Part shown: positions 10,066 through 19,561 of the stretch, piece after piece
How positions within the stretch are numbered: position 1 is the first letter of the stretch
Layout: each line of letters starts with the position of its first letter
Assembly (NCBI GenBank): GCA_963932905.1
Contig: CAWVRN010000017.1
Location: 26,790-90,789, forward strand
Source of the DNA: an uncultured Bdellovibrio sp.
Lineage (GTDB): Bacteria > Bdellovibrionota > Bdellovibrionia > Bdellovibrionales > Bdellovibrionaceae
Length of the DNA stretch: 64,000 bases
Reading direction: 5' to 3'
Notes under the pieces: generated by a model
Databases searched by the model: none
Told to the model about the DNA's origin: nothing
Seen by the model: only the letters and a program-made list of their open reading frames with translations
Translations under genes and position numbers: made by a program

Positions 10066-12528
10066 ATGACACGATTTAACACAACATTGACCTGCTTTTT
10101 TTTGAGTCTGATTTTTTCCGTAAATCCGTCATTGGCGCAACAAAACACGCCAACTAAAAAAGCAAAACCAGCTGCAAAAACGGCGGCCAAAACGGCGTCT
10201 AAGAAAAATTCAAATCTAAAAAAAGTAGATTCTGTATCTTTAGGTGAAACGGTTGTTGTTAGTGACATCAAAGTCGACGGTCAAAAGAAAATAGAAAAAG
10301 ATTCTATCACAAGCCGATTGAAAATGAAGAAAGGTCAAAGCTATTCTTCAACTGATTTCAAAACGACGGTTCGTGAAGACATTGCGACTTTATTCAAAAC
10401 TGGTTTTTTCTCGAACGTTGAAGTTTATCTTGAAAGTGTAGGCAGCGACAAAGTTGTCCAATTCAAAGTTAAAGAAAAACCATCGGTCAGTGAAATCGTT
10501 TGGGATGGTGTTTCTGAAGACGTTAAAAAAGAAGAACTAAATGATGCCCTTGGTATCAAATCTTACGAAATCCTGAACATCACTAAGCTAAAAGAAGGCC
10601 AAGAGAAAGTTCAAAAATTCTACGAAGACAAAGGTTATTTTTTAGCTAAAATCGATTACGCGATCGAAGACGTAGTTAAAGACGAAACCGTTCGTATCAA
10701 AGTGACTGTTAAACAAAACGACCGAGTGAAAGTAAAAAAGATCACCTTCCTAGGTAACAAAAAAGTGCCATCATCACAATTGATCATCGATCAGTTAGTG
10801 GCAGAAGAAGGATACTTCACTGGTTTGTCTGGTTCTGGTCAGTTCAAGCAAGATATGTTTGAGCGTTGGATTCAGGGTATTCGTTTTATTTATTTCAATA
10901 AAGGTTTCATCCAAGCTAAAATTGACCGTCCTCAGGTGACCGTAACGCCAGATAAAAAAGGCATCTACATCACGATCAACATCGACGAAGGTGAATCATT
11001 TGATGTTGGAGATATCGAATTCTCGGGCGACGTATTGTTCTCGCGCCAAGAATTGCTTGATGTCATGAAACTGGATGAAAACAAAGTATTCGCCTACGAT
11101 GTTTTGCAAAAAGACTTAGCAGACCTTCAAGCGAAATACGGGGATTTGGGTTATGCATTTGCCAACGTAAATCCACAATGGAAGGTAAAAGAAGCGGAAC
11201 GTAAAGTCGACATCGTGTTCGATTTTGATAAAGGCACAAAAGTGTACTTCGGGCGGATCAACGTTGTTTCTAATACGAAAACACGCGATAAAGTTGTTCG
11301 TCGTGAATTGAAAATCAAAGAGGGCGAACTGTATAATGAAACTCGTCGTCGCTTATCATTAGAGAACATTCAGCGGTTGGGTTTCTTTGATGAAGTGAAC
11401 TTTAAAACGTCGACGCCTCCAGATAAATTAGACATCCTTAATATCGACATCACCGTAAAAGAACGTAACACGGGGCAAATCCAATTGGGTGCTGGTTATG
11501 GTTCGGCTCAAGGTTTCACATTGCAAGGTAGTGTTCAGCAGACCAACTTTATGGGGCGTGGACAAAACTTAGGGGTCAGCTTAAATTTAGCGTCTCAGTA
11601 TTCGGTATATGACTTCACATTCACAGAGCCTTATTTCCGCGATTCATTGTGGTCACTGGGTTTCCGCGTATTCCGCAGTGAGAATACTGGTCGTCTGGAT
11701 TACAACGAAACGCGTACGGGGGGATCGTTGTTCCTGGGGTACCCACTTGGTGACTACTTACGATTGAACACTAGCTACACCTACACAGCGACTAAATTAA
11801 CGAATGTTGTGGATGCGGCTGGAAATAACATTACCGATTACGACTTGTTCCCGCTGCAAACAGCGCAAGGGGACTCTGGTTTGTTAGGTGTTAGTTTAGA
11901 TTACGACACTCGTAATGATCGTTTCCGCCCAACTAAAGGTATTTATGCCCGTTTGGGTTATTCTTTAACAGGTCCATTTGGTGGAAATTTAGAATACTAT
12001 AAAGGAAATGCAGATTTCCGTTTCTTTAAAACATTGTTCTGGGATGTCGTATTCAGAAACTCGATTTCGTACGCGCGTATCGAATCAACAAATCCTGATC
12101 GCCTGCCGCCATTCAATGAATTGTACTTGCTGGGTGGACCGTACAGCTTGCGTGGTTACCGTTATGGCCGTGTCGGACGACAAGTTAAATCGACTAAAAT
12201 TGAAAATGAATTAAAAGCTATTGTTCCACCAGTCAGCGATATCGAAGAAAAATCGAAACGTTATTACGGTGGTGCTCAACAGCTTATGTATCAAGGTGAA
12301 TTATTATTCCCATTGATTCGTGAAGCACAAATGTACGGCGTAGCTTTCTACGATGTGGGTCAGGCCGAGGATACTATCACTGATGATCGATTGTTTGCCG
12401 ATACCGGCTTTGGTATTCGATGGTTCTCGCCAATCGGTCCGCTGCGTTTTGAGTGGGGTTTCCCTTTAAATCGTGAGTATTTACATGAAGCGGTCGTATT
12501 CGAATTTTCTATCGGTACCCCATTTTAG
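10066..12528 (+). CDS. bamA: Outer membrane protein assembly factor BamA
   Basis: Signal peptide, POTRA repeats, LRGY motif, GIRWFSPIGPLRF, C-terminal FSIGTPF. Confidence 0.95.
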   Translation: MTRFNTTLTCFFLSLIFSVNPSLAQQNTPTKKAKPAAKTAAKTASKKNSNLKKVDSVSLGETVVVSDIKVDGQKKIEKDSITSRLKMKKGQSYSSTDFKTTVREDIATLFKTGFFSNVEVYLESVGSDKVVQFKVKEKPSVSEIVWDGVSEDVKKEELNDALGIKSYEILNITKLKEGQEKVQKFYEDKGYFLAKIDYAIEDVVKDETVRIKVTVKQNDRVKVKKITFLGNKKVPSSQLIIDQLVAEEGYFTGLSGSGQFKQDMFERWIQGIRFIYFNKGFIQAKIDRPQVTVTPDKKGIYITINIDEGESFDVGDIEFSGDVLFSRQELLDVMKLDENKVFAYDVLQKDLADLQAKYGDLGYAFANVNPQWKVKEAERKVDIVFDFDKGTKVYFGRINVVSNTKTRDKVVRRELKIKEGELYNETRRRLSLENIQRLGFFDEVNFKTSTPPDKLDILNIDITVKERNTGQIQLGAGYGSAQGFTLQGSVQQTNFMGRGQNLGVSLNLASQYSVYDFTFTEPYFRDSLWSLGFRVFRSENTGRLDYNETRTGGSLFLGYPLGDYLRLNTSYTYTATKLTNVVDAAGNNITDYDLFPLQTAQGDSGLLGVSLDYDTRNDRFRPTKGIYARLGYSLTGPFGGNLEYYKGNADFRFFKTLFWDVVFRNSISYARIESTNPDRLPPFNELYLLGGPYSLRGYRYGRVGRQVKSTKIENELKAIVPPVSDIEEKSKRYYGGAQQLMYQGELLFPLIREAQMYGVAFYDVGQAEDTITDDRLFADTGFGIRWFSPIGPLRFEWGFPLNREYLHEAVVFEFSIGTPF

Positions 12529-12597
12529 GGTTAGACACGGGTAGTTTTTTAAACTAGGCTTATATTTAATTCAGTGCATGAAAAATAGGAGAAATAA

Positions 12598-13104
12598 ATG
12601 ACAAAGTCATTATTATCATTGGTAGCCGTAGTTGGTTTTTCATTTAGTACATACGCCGCAGAATTCAAAGCGGGTGTTGTTAATTTGCAAAAAGCAATTC
12701 AATCAACTTCAGCTGGAAAAAAAGCTAAAACAGAATTAGAAGCTGATTTCGAGAAAAAGAAAAAAGACCTGCAAAAGAAAGAGGGCGACCTAAAGAAAAT
12801 GCAGGAAGATATCGAGAAAAAGAAAAGCGTTCTTTCCGAAGAAGTTTTAGCTAAGAAACAAGACGAATTCCGCGAAGAAATGATGAAGTTTCAACAAGTA
12901 GTTCAAAAGAACCAAGGTGAAATTCAAAAGAAAGAACAAGAATTGACTCAACCAATTTTAGAGAAAATGAAAAAAATCATCGAGAAAATGTCTAAAGATA
13001 AAGGCTACTCAATGGTTCTTGAAAACACAGCTATGGTTCTATACGTAGAATCTGCTCACGACTTAACTGACGAAGTTGTTAAGGCATTTGAAAAAGAAAA
13101 ATAA
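12598..13104 (+). CDS. skp: OmpH/Skp periplasmic chaperone
   Basis: Signal peptide, GVVNLQKAI, coiled coil, DLTDEVVK; directly after bamA; AGGAG SD. Confidence 0.9.
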   Translation: MTKSLLSLVAVVGFSFSTYAAEFKAGVVNLQKAIQSTSAGKKAKTELEADFEKKKKDLQKKEGDLKKMQEDIEKKKSVLSEEVLAKKQDEFREEMMKFQQVVQKNQGEIQKKEQELTQPILEKMKKIIEKMSKDKGYSMVLENTAMVLYVESAHDLTDEVVKAFEKEK

Positions 13105-13106
13105 AT

Positions 13107-13919
13107 ATGAAAGTACATCCCTCAAGTATCCTAAGTCCCGATGTGGAATTAGGACCTGATGTTGAAATTGGTCCCTATTGCTTAATCCAAGGAAAAGTTA
13201 AAATTGGAAAAGGGACCATTATCGAAGGTCACGCGACAGTAGGCTCTCGGTACGGTGTGATCGAACTTGGTGAAAATAATCACATTTTTCCCGGCGCCGT
13301 TATCGGTGGTCCTCCTCAGGACATCACTTACAAATCCGAACCAACTCAATTGATCATTGGTAACAACAATACATTTCGTGAATTTTCTACTGTTAACTTA
13401 GCGACAAGTAAAGGTGATGGAAAAACAGAAATGGGTAATAACTGTTATATGATGGCCTACACTCACGTGGGTCATGATTGCAAAATCGGGAACAATGTTA
13501 TCATTGCCAATGACACCCATATTGGTGGTCACTGTATCATTGAAGACAGCGTAACGATTGGTGGTGTGTGTGCGTTTAATCAATTCACTCGCGTTGGTAA
13601 AAATGCATTCATCGCAGGTAGTTCAGTTATCAACAAAGACATTCTGCCGTATAGCCGCGCGCAAGGAACTTATGCCCTAGTTCGAGCCACTAATAAAGTT
13701 GGTTTGGCTAGAAAAGGTTTTTCTAAAGAAGAAGTGAGCAACGTTCACAAGGCCATTCGTATTTTCATTATGGGCAGCAATACTTTGGATGAAGCGTACG
13801 AGCGTATTGCCAAAGAATGTGCACCATCAGAAAATATCAATTACTTGATACAATTCGTAAAACAATCAAAACGTGGAATTGCGATTGCTAGAGGAAATAG
13901 TTCTGAATTAGAGGATTAG
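13107..13919 (+). CDS. lpxA: UDP-N-acetylglucosamine acyltransferase LpxA
   Basis: Hexapeptide repeats, PQDITY, MAYTHVGHDC, NKVGLARKGF. Confidence 0.92.
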   Translation: MKVHPSSILSPDVELGPDVEIGPYCLIQGKVKIGKGTIIEGHATVGSRYGVIELGENNHIFPGAVIGGPPQDITYKSEPTQLIIGNNNTFREFSTVNLATSKGDGKTEMGNNCYMMAYTHVGHDCKIGNNVIIANDTHIGGHCIIEDSVTIGGVCAFNQFTRVGKNAFIAGSSVINKDILPYSRAQGTYALVRATNKVGLARKGFSKEEVSNVHKAIRIFIMGSNTLDEAYERIAKECAPSENINYLIQFVKQSKRGIAIARGNSSELED

Positions 13920-13921
13920 AA

Positions 13922-14872
13922 ATGAAAAAATTACGAGCCGCAGTGGTTGGCGTAGGTTACCTTGGTAATTTTCACGCGCAGAAATACAAAAACAATCCCC
14001 ACTGCGAATTGGTGGGTGTCTGTGATGCCAGCCAAGAGCAAGCTCAGAAAATTGCGACCGCCTTGGGTACAACAGCGTACACGAATCCTAAAGATCTAAT
14101 TGGTAAAGTTGACCTGGTCACAATCGCAACATCAACTCGTTTTCACTATGAACTAGCGATGATGTTTGTTGATGCGGGCATTCCGGTGAACGTTGAAAAA
14201 CCAATGACGGCGACACTGGAACAGGCTGAAAAATTATTTGAAGCCAGCGAAAAGAAAAAATCATTCTTAACAGTCGGTCATATTGAACGCTTCAATCCAT
14301 CCATCAACGAAGTCATTAAGCAAATGAAAGGCGAAACTAATCATTTTGAATTAACTCGTTGGGCTCCGTTTAACTTACGTGGTTCCGATGTTTCTGTTGT
14401 TTTTGACTTAATGATTCACGATATAGATTTGATGTTCTGGTTATGCGACAACGCAAAAGTGACGAATCATTCAGCTCATGGCGATGTCATCGTTTCTAAA
14501 GAACCTGATTCCGTGACTGGCCATTTTGACTTGGCTTTATCGAATGGAACAAAAAAATCAGTTTACATGTCGATCAATCGCGCTAGCGGTAAAGGCGTTC
14601 GTCAGTTAAAAGCCTACGGCACAAAGAAAACGATCATGGCAAATACCGGAACTCACGATGTCGAGATGTATGAATTCAACGCCGGCGCTGAAAAAGTCGA
14701 AGATAAAATTAAAACAACGAACTGGTCAGTAGCCAAAGTGGATGCGCTTCAAGAAGAAACGAATCATTTCGTTGATTGTATTTTGAATAGTAAAAAATCA
14801 TTGATCACGGCCGAAGATGGTCTGCGCGCTATGATCTGGGCCGATAAAATCGATAAACAAATCAGAAAATGA
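13922..14872 (+). CDS. Gfo/Idh/MocA oxidoreductase, probable GnnA-like UDP-GlcNAc 3-dehydrogenase
   Basis: GVGYLGNFHA, VEKPM, VGHIERFNP, DLMIHDID; located between lpxA and lpxB. Confidence 0.8.
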   Translation: MKKLRAAVVGVGYLGNFHAQKYKNNPHCELVGVCDASQEQAQKIATALGTTAYTNPKDLIGKVDLVTIATSTRFHYELAMMFVDAGIPVNVEKPMTATLEQAEKLFEASEKKKSFLTVGHIERFNPSINEVIKQMKGETNHFELTRWAPFNLRGSDVSVVFDLMIHDIDLMFWLCDNAKVTNHSAHGDVIVSKEPDSVTGHFDLALSNGTKKSVYMSINRASGKGVRQLKAYGTKKTIMANTGTHDVEMYEFNAGAEKVEDKIKTTNWSVAKVDALQEETNHFVDCILNSKKSLITAEDGLRAMIWADKIDKQIRK

Positions 14873-16026
14873 ATAAAACATCGGTATTGATCATTTCCGC
14901 AGAGGCTTCTTCTGTTCTGTATGCTCAGCGAATTCTTGAGTTATGGAAGAAGAATGGCACTGAGGTCGATGCCTATGGAGTTGGTTCCAATGACATGGAA
15001 AAATTGGGATTTCGCAGATTTGGTCGTTCGGAAGACATGGCCGTCGTGGGTATGGCCGAAGTCATCAGACATTACAGCGCTATCAAAAAAGTTTTTTATG
15101 ATGTCTTAGCTGAAATTGATAGAAACCCGCCAAAAGTAGCCGTACTTCTAGACTATCCGGGATTTAACTTAAGATTAGCCAAAGAATTAAAACAAAGAAA
15201 TATTCCCGTCGTGTATTACATTGCGCCTCAGGTGTGGGCGTGGAAGCAAAAACGAGTACATAAAATTAAAGCCTATTGTGATAAAGTGTTGTTGCTATTC
15301 CCATTCGAGATAGATTTTTTCAAAAAACATGAAGTGCCATTTGAATTTGTCGGAAATCCTTTATTGGATGAATTGAAGCCAGAATGGACCGATGAAAAAT
15401 GGATCATGAGCGAGCGACGTCGTTGTGGAATTCAAGACAATGAAATTGTATTGGGGATTATGCCGGGTTCGCGTCACGGGGAACTACAGCAAATGTTTCC
15501 AATGCTTCTTGAGGTAGCTCGCCGACTAAGTCACAAAGTTTCTAATTTGAAAATTATGATTCTGTGTGCCCCAAGCTTTGAAAAAGAAGAACTGATGCCA
15601 TATCTGGAAAATTTCAAAGTTAATTTTATCCTGATGAAAACCGAGCCTTTCAAGATGATTTCGATGACGGACATGATCTTAGGATCGTCTGGTACGGCAA
15701 CATTGATGGTGGGCTTGGTAGAAAAACCAATGGTAACCATGTATAAAATGAAGTGGTTGTCAGGTGTCCTTGCAAAGTGGATGGTTAAAGGAATTAAGTA
15801 TTTTAATTTGTGCAATATGATTTTGGACGAAGAAGTCAGTCCCGAACGGTTTCAAGAACGGGCGACAGCGGATGAAATGGAACGTTTAGTATTTGAATTG
15901 ATTTCCAATCCTGAAGTTTATGCAACTCAAAAACGTAAATTAAAAGAAGTTAGAAATCGTTTGGGCCAAAGTGGTGTTACGGAACGGGTCGTTCGCATAC
16001 TTAATTCCTACATCGAGTCTAAGTGA
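14869..16026 (+). CDS. lpxB: Lipid A disaccharide synthase
   Basis: DYPGFNLRLA, YYIAPQVWAWK, FVGNPL, PGSR, SGTATL. Confidence 0.93.
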   Translation: MNKTSVLIISAEASSVLYAQRILELWKKNGTEVDAYGVGSNDMEKLGFRRFGRSEDMAVVGMAEVIRHYSAIKKVFYDVLAEIDRNPPKVAVLLDYPGFNLRLAKELKQRNIPVVYYIAPQVWAWKQKRVHKIKAYCDKVLLLFPFEIDFFKKHEVPFEFVGNPLLDELKPEWTDEKWIMSERRRCGIQDNEIVLGIMPGSRHGELQQMFPMLLEVARRLSHKVSNLKIMILCAPSFEKEELMPYLENFKVNFILMKTEPFKMISMTDMILGSSGTATLMVGLVEKPMVTMYKMKWLSGVLAKWMVKGIKYFNLCNMILDEEVSPERFQERATADEMERLVFELISNPEVYATQKRKLKEVRNRLGQSGVTERVVRILNSYIESK

Positions 16027-17162
16027 TGAAAAAAACGACGGAGCCTAAATTAACATCTTCGGAATTGTTTCCAGATATTGAAGCGGACCGAAAATATTTC
16101 TTTTTGATCTTGTGGCTGCTGAGCCTAATTTCCTATATCTATCGAGCTTTGGTCACTTTGAATTTTTGGATCTATAAAAAGGGTTTTAAGAAAGTTACGA
16201 CCTTGTCGGTACCAGTTGTGAGTGTAGGTAATTTAACTGTTGGTGGTACAGGGAAAACGCCAATTTTAATTTACCTTGCTAACTTGATGAAACTAAGTGG
16301 TAAACGAGTCGGTATCGTGAGTCGTAACTATAAATCCTCAACAAAAGAAATTGTGAAAGTCAATCCTGGTAGTAGTTCTGAAGTTTCAGATGGAATGTTA
16401 TTTGGTGATGAACCACTTTTGATTTATCAGCAAACGGGTGTACCTGTGTATGTTGGACCACGAAAAGTCGATACGGCCAAAGAATTGGTTAGGACTGAAA
16501 AAATTGACACTGTATTAATTGATGATGGATTTCAACATTTACCACTTAAAAAAAATTGTAATATTTTGCTTTGTGATGTGACTCAAATGGATGAATCAAA
16601 TCATTTACTTCCCCGCGGTCGGTATCGTGAGCCATTTAGTGGCTATAGCAAGGCCAATATTATTTTTTGGACGAAAACAAATTTCATTCCCTCTGCAAGA
16701 TTAGAAGAATTAAAAAAAATGGTTTCATTCGATGGCCTGCAAGTGGATTGGAAATTTGATTTAACGAAAGTGGAATTTCCAAATTTTCCCAATTTAAACT
16801 TTGATGTTCGACAAAGATTTATAAATCCGGGTAAAAATGAATTTGCGTCTATTCGTCGTTTTGTTTTAGTGTCTGCGATTGCAAGACCTGAATATTTTAA
16901 AAAGATAGTTCAAGATCTGAATCCTAAAGTAGAGCTCGTCGAAAAGAAATTTCGAGATCACCATCCGTATTCTAAAGACGACTTAAAGACTATTCTAAAC
17001 AAGCCTGTCAATTTCCATCACTTTTTGACGACGGAAAAGGATTATACCAAACTTAAAGATATATGGCCAAGCGATGTTCCATTGGGTATTGTTAAATGGG
17101 AACCACGTCCTAATGTGGACGACCAAAAACTATATGAAATTGTTACTTCGTTTTTGCACTAA
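16023..17162 (+). CDS. lpxK: Tetraacyldisaccharide 4'-kinase
   Basis: VGNLTVGGTGKTP, GDEP, DDGFQH, LLPRGRYRE, DHH, TTEKD. Confidence 0.93.
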   Translation: MMKKTTEPKLTSSELFPDIEADRKYFFLILWLLSLISYIYRALVTLNFWIYKKGFKKVTTLSVPVVSVGNLTVGGTGKTPILIYLANLMKLSGKRVGIVSRNYKSSTKEIVKVNPGSSSEVSDGMLFGDEPLLIYQQTGVPVYVGPRKVDTAKELVRTEKIDTVLIDDGFQHLPLKKNCNILLCDVTQMDESNHLLPRGRYREPFSGYSKANIIFWTKTNFIPSARLEELKKMVSFDGLQVDWKFDLTKVEFPNFPNLNFDVRQRFINPGKNEFASIRRFVLVSAIARPEYFKKIVQDLNPKVELVEKKFRDHHPYSKDDLKTILNKPVNFHHFLTTEKDYTKLKDIWPSDVPLGIVKWEPRPNVDDQKLYEIVTSFLH

Positions 17163-18018
17163 TATCATTTCTGGGTTTTGCTACCTGATTGGGTGGCGAG
17201 CTAGTCGTTGGCTATTTGGCCTTCTTGGTATTTTATGGTTCGATATTTTGCGTATTCGAAGAAGAGACGTTGTTAGTCATATCGGTATTGTTTTTCCTAA
17301 TTTGACCGAAACCGAAAAAATAAAAATGGGCCGTCGAAGCATGCGTTTGCAAACGGGTGCCTTGGCCGATTTATTTTACATGCCTTACATGAATAAAGCA
17401 TGGCGTGATAAGTACATTGTTTTTGAAGGTACAGAACACGTGGCCAGCGCACGCACTTTAGGCAAAGGTGTTTTGTTGTTGGGAATGCATATCGGAAGCG
17501 GTGATTTGGCCGCTAACATGATCACTGCAGAATTGGGTAACTTTCATTTGATTACGAAGTTAATGAAAAACAAGGTGCTGAACGATTTTTGGTTTTCGTT
17601 ACGCGCCTATTACGGCGTTAAGCATATAGAGCCTCATGGTGAGAAGACGCCATTTCAAATTTTGAAGGCGCTTAAATCCAATGGTTTAGTGGTGTTTGTA
17701 CTGGATCAGTTCATGGGAAAACCATACGGTATTGAAACGACATTCTTTGATCGAAAAACGGGGACAGCCCAAGGTCTAGCTGTTTTTCATTTAAAAACGA
17801 AGGCTCCTGTCGTGCCGGTTTATTGTTACGAAGCCCCAGATGGCCGTGTTCACATAGTGTTTGAAGCCCCGTTGGTCTTGTCTGGCTTGGTATCGGATGG
17901 CAAAGAAGACACGGTGGCGCGATTGACTCAATATTTTTGTAGTGTCACTGAAAGGATTATCCGAAAGCATCCAGAACATTGGATGTGGCTTCACAGACGA
18001 TGGAAAAAATTTGAGTGA
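17134..18018 (+). CDS. Lipid A late acyltransferase (LpxL/LpxM family)
   Basis: HIGSGD (HxxxxD), LDQ, C-terminal PEHWMWLHRRWK; start taken at ATG 17134. Confidence 0.85.
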   Translation: MKLLLRFCTNIISGFCYLIGWRASRWLFGLLGILWFDILRIRRRDVVSHIGIVFPNLTETEKIKMGRRSMRLQTGALADLFYMPYMNKAWRDKYIVFEGTEHVASARTLGKGVLLLGMHIGSGDLAANMITAELGNFHLITKLMKNKVLNDFWFSLRAYYGVKHIEPHGEKTPFQILKALKSNGLVVFVLDQFMGKPYGIETTFFDRKTGTAQGLAVFHLKTKAPVVPVYCYEAPDGRVHIVFEAPLVLSGLVSDGKEDTVARLTQYFCSVTERIIRKHPEHWMWLHRRWKKFE

Positions 18019-18050
18019 TTACTGTCGGCAGATGATATTTAATAGAATCT

Positions 18051-19169
18051 GTGACCCGATTAGTACCTTTTTACCTTATACTGTTATTTTCTACCTATTT
18101 CTTAGGTAGTTGTACGTCTTCTTACTTAAAACTCGATCGAAAAGAAGAAGAGTTTAAAAAAAATGTCGAGTTCGATGAAAAAGTTAAAATTAAGGAACTT
18201 CCAGATACGTCATCTGATGTAGCTGATATTCCTTCTGGTCCGCTGTTCTCAAAAGATGAATCTACAAAGACACCAGATAAGGTAGCGGCCAAAACTGGAG
18301 ACGACAAGTCAAAGGCATCAGTAGCGAAAAAAGGAAAAAAGACTAAAAAAACTAAAGCCGAAAAAGCGGCCGAGAAAAAAGCAGAAGAAGCAGCTAAGAC
18401 TGAAGTTCCTCCAGCAGCCGAACCAGAAATCGAAGACAAAGAAGGAATGGCTGGACGTCGTCCAGTTAAAGATCCTTTCCGTGTTGGTGAAGAAGTGATT
18501 CATGAGTTGCATTACTTCAAAGTAGCCGCTGGTGAATTGCGATTAAAAGTGGGTCCGTTTGTTGAGGTCAATGGTCGTAAGTCATACACCTTCACCACTG
18601 AACTTGAATCTTCAAGTATGTTCTCTTCGTTTTATAGTGTAAAAGATTCGGCGACTACGTACGTGGATTATCTACAATTTGTTCCGCATGTGTTTACTTT
18701 AACGGTAAAGGAATCGGGTCAAATTAAGGACGCCAAAGGCTTGTTCGATATTCAGAATAATAAAGCTACTTACTGGGAAAAGAAATTCACTAAAAAGAAC
18801 GGTGAAGAAGAACAAAGGAAAGAATGGGAAATTCCGCCGTTTTCACAAAATGTATACAGCGCTGCTTATTACATGCGTTTATTCAAGTGGGAAATCGGCA
18901 AAGAATACTCGTTCCGCGTGGCTGATGCCGGCGAGAATATAGTTTTCAAGGGCAAAGCGATTCGCAAAGAAAAACTCGACACTGAAATCGGTGAATTCAA
19001 TGCTATCGTGATTAAACCAGAAATCTCGGTGAAGGGGATCTTTAAACCAATCGGCGATATTTATTTCTGGCTAAGTGATGACGAGCACAAATATATTCTT
19101 CGTATTGAATCTAGTATTAAGATTGGAACGATTGTTTCTGAAGTTATTAAGATAAATCCTGGTAAATAG
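18051..19169 (+). CDS. DUF3108-like lipoprotein with K/A/E-rich linker
   Basis: LGSC lipobox; PFRVGEE, GEFNAIVIKP, FWLSDDEHK and IKIGTI resemble DUF3108. Confidence 0.7.
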   Translation: MTRLVPFYLILLFSTYFLGSCTSSYLKLDRKEEEFKKNVEFDEKVKIKELPDTSSDVADIPSGPLFSKDESTKTPDKVAAKTGDDKSKASVAKKGKKTKKTKAEKAAEKKAEEAAKTEVPPAAEPEIEDKEGMAGRRPVKDPFRVGEEVIHELHYFKVAAGELRLKVGPFVEVNGRKSYTFTTELESSSMFSSFYSVKDSATTYVDYLQFVPHVFTLTVKESGQIKDAKGLFDIQNNKATYWEKKFTKKNGEEEQRKEWEIPPFSQNVYSAAYYMRLFKWEIGKEYSFRVADAGENIVFKGKAIRKEKLDTEIGEFNAIVIKPEISVKGIFKPIGDIYFWLSDDEHKYILRIESSIKIGTIVSEVIKINPGK

Positions 19170-19300
19170 TCTTACTTAGCAGCCGATTCAAGTATGGATT
19201 TTATATTCGCTACATGAGCATTTCCAATAAGTAAAACAACGTCAGGACCCGGGTAAATTAAATATAGATCTCTAAAAAGTTTAGACTGTTCGGGGCAAAA

Positions 19301-19537
19301 TTTGTTTTGGGTGATCAGACTTCTTTCTTTCAAATCTACAATCCAAGCTCGGTCTTCCTTTTGGGGTTTGGCATTTAAAGACATCAAAAAAATGAGTTCC
19401 GCAGACAGGCGTTCAGCGCGGGCGAGGACTGCCGAGGCTTTTTTGATGTCTTTAAATGCCAAACCCCAAAAGGAAGATCCCCGGTTCAACTCAAAACTAG
19501 ATTTGGAAGAAAGAAGTCTGATCCCCCGAAATACAAA
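19301..19537. repeat. Nested long inverted repeat (palindromic element)
   Basis: Perfect 39-bp arms 19353-19391/19439-19477; outer 26-bp arms with 1 mismatch 19313-19338/19498-19523; 47-nt GC-rich centre. Confidence 0.92.
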
Positions 19538-19549
19538 CTCGGGGGTTTT
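19523..19549 (+). terminator. Intrinsic terminator-like hairpin between convergent DUF3108 and rodA
   Basis: CCCCCGA-9 nt-TCGGGGG followed by TTTT. Confidence 0.6.
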
Positions 19550-19561
19550 AAAAACTCAAGA

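Noticed and set aside
19301..19537. Palindrome as CRISPR array or retron msr-msd
   Set aside because: No direct repeat-spacer series and no cas or reverse transcriptase gene in the window
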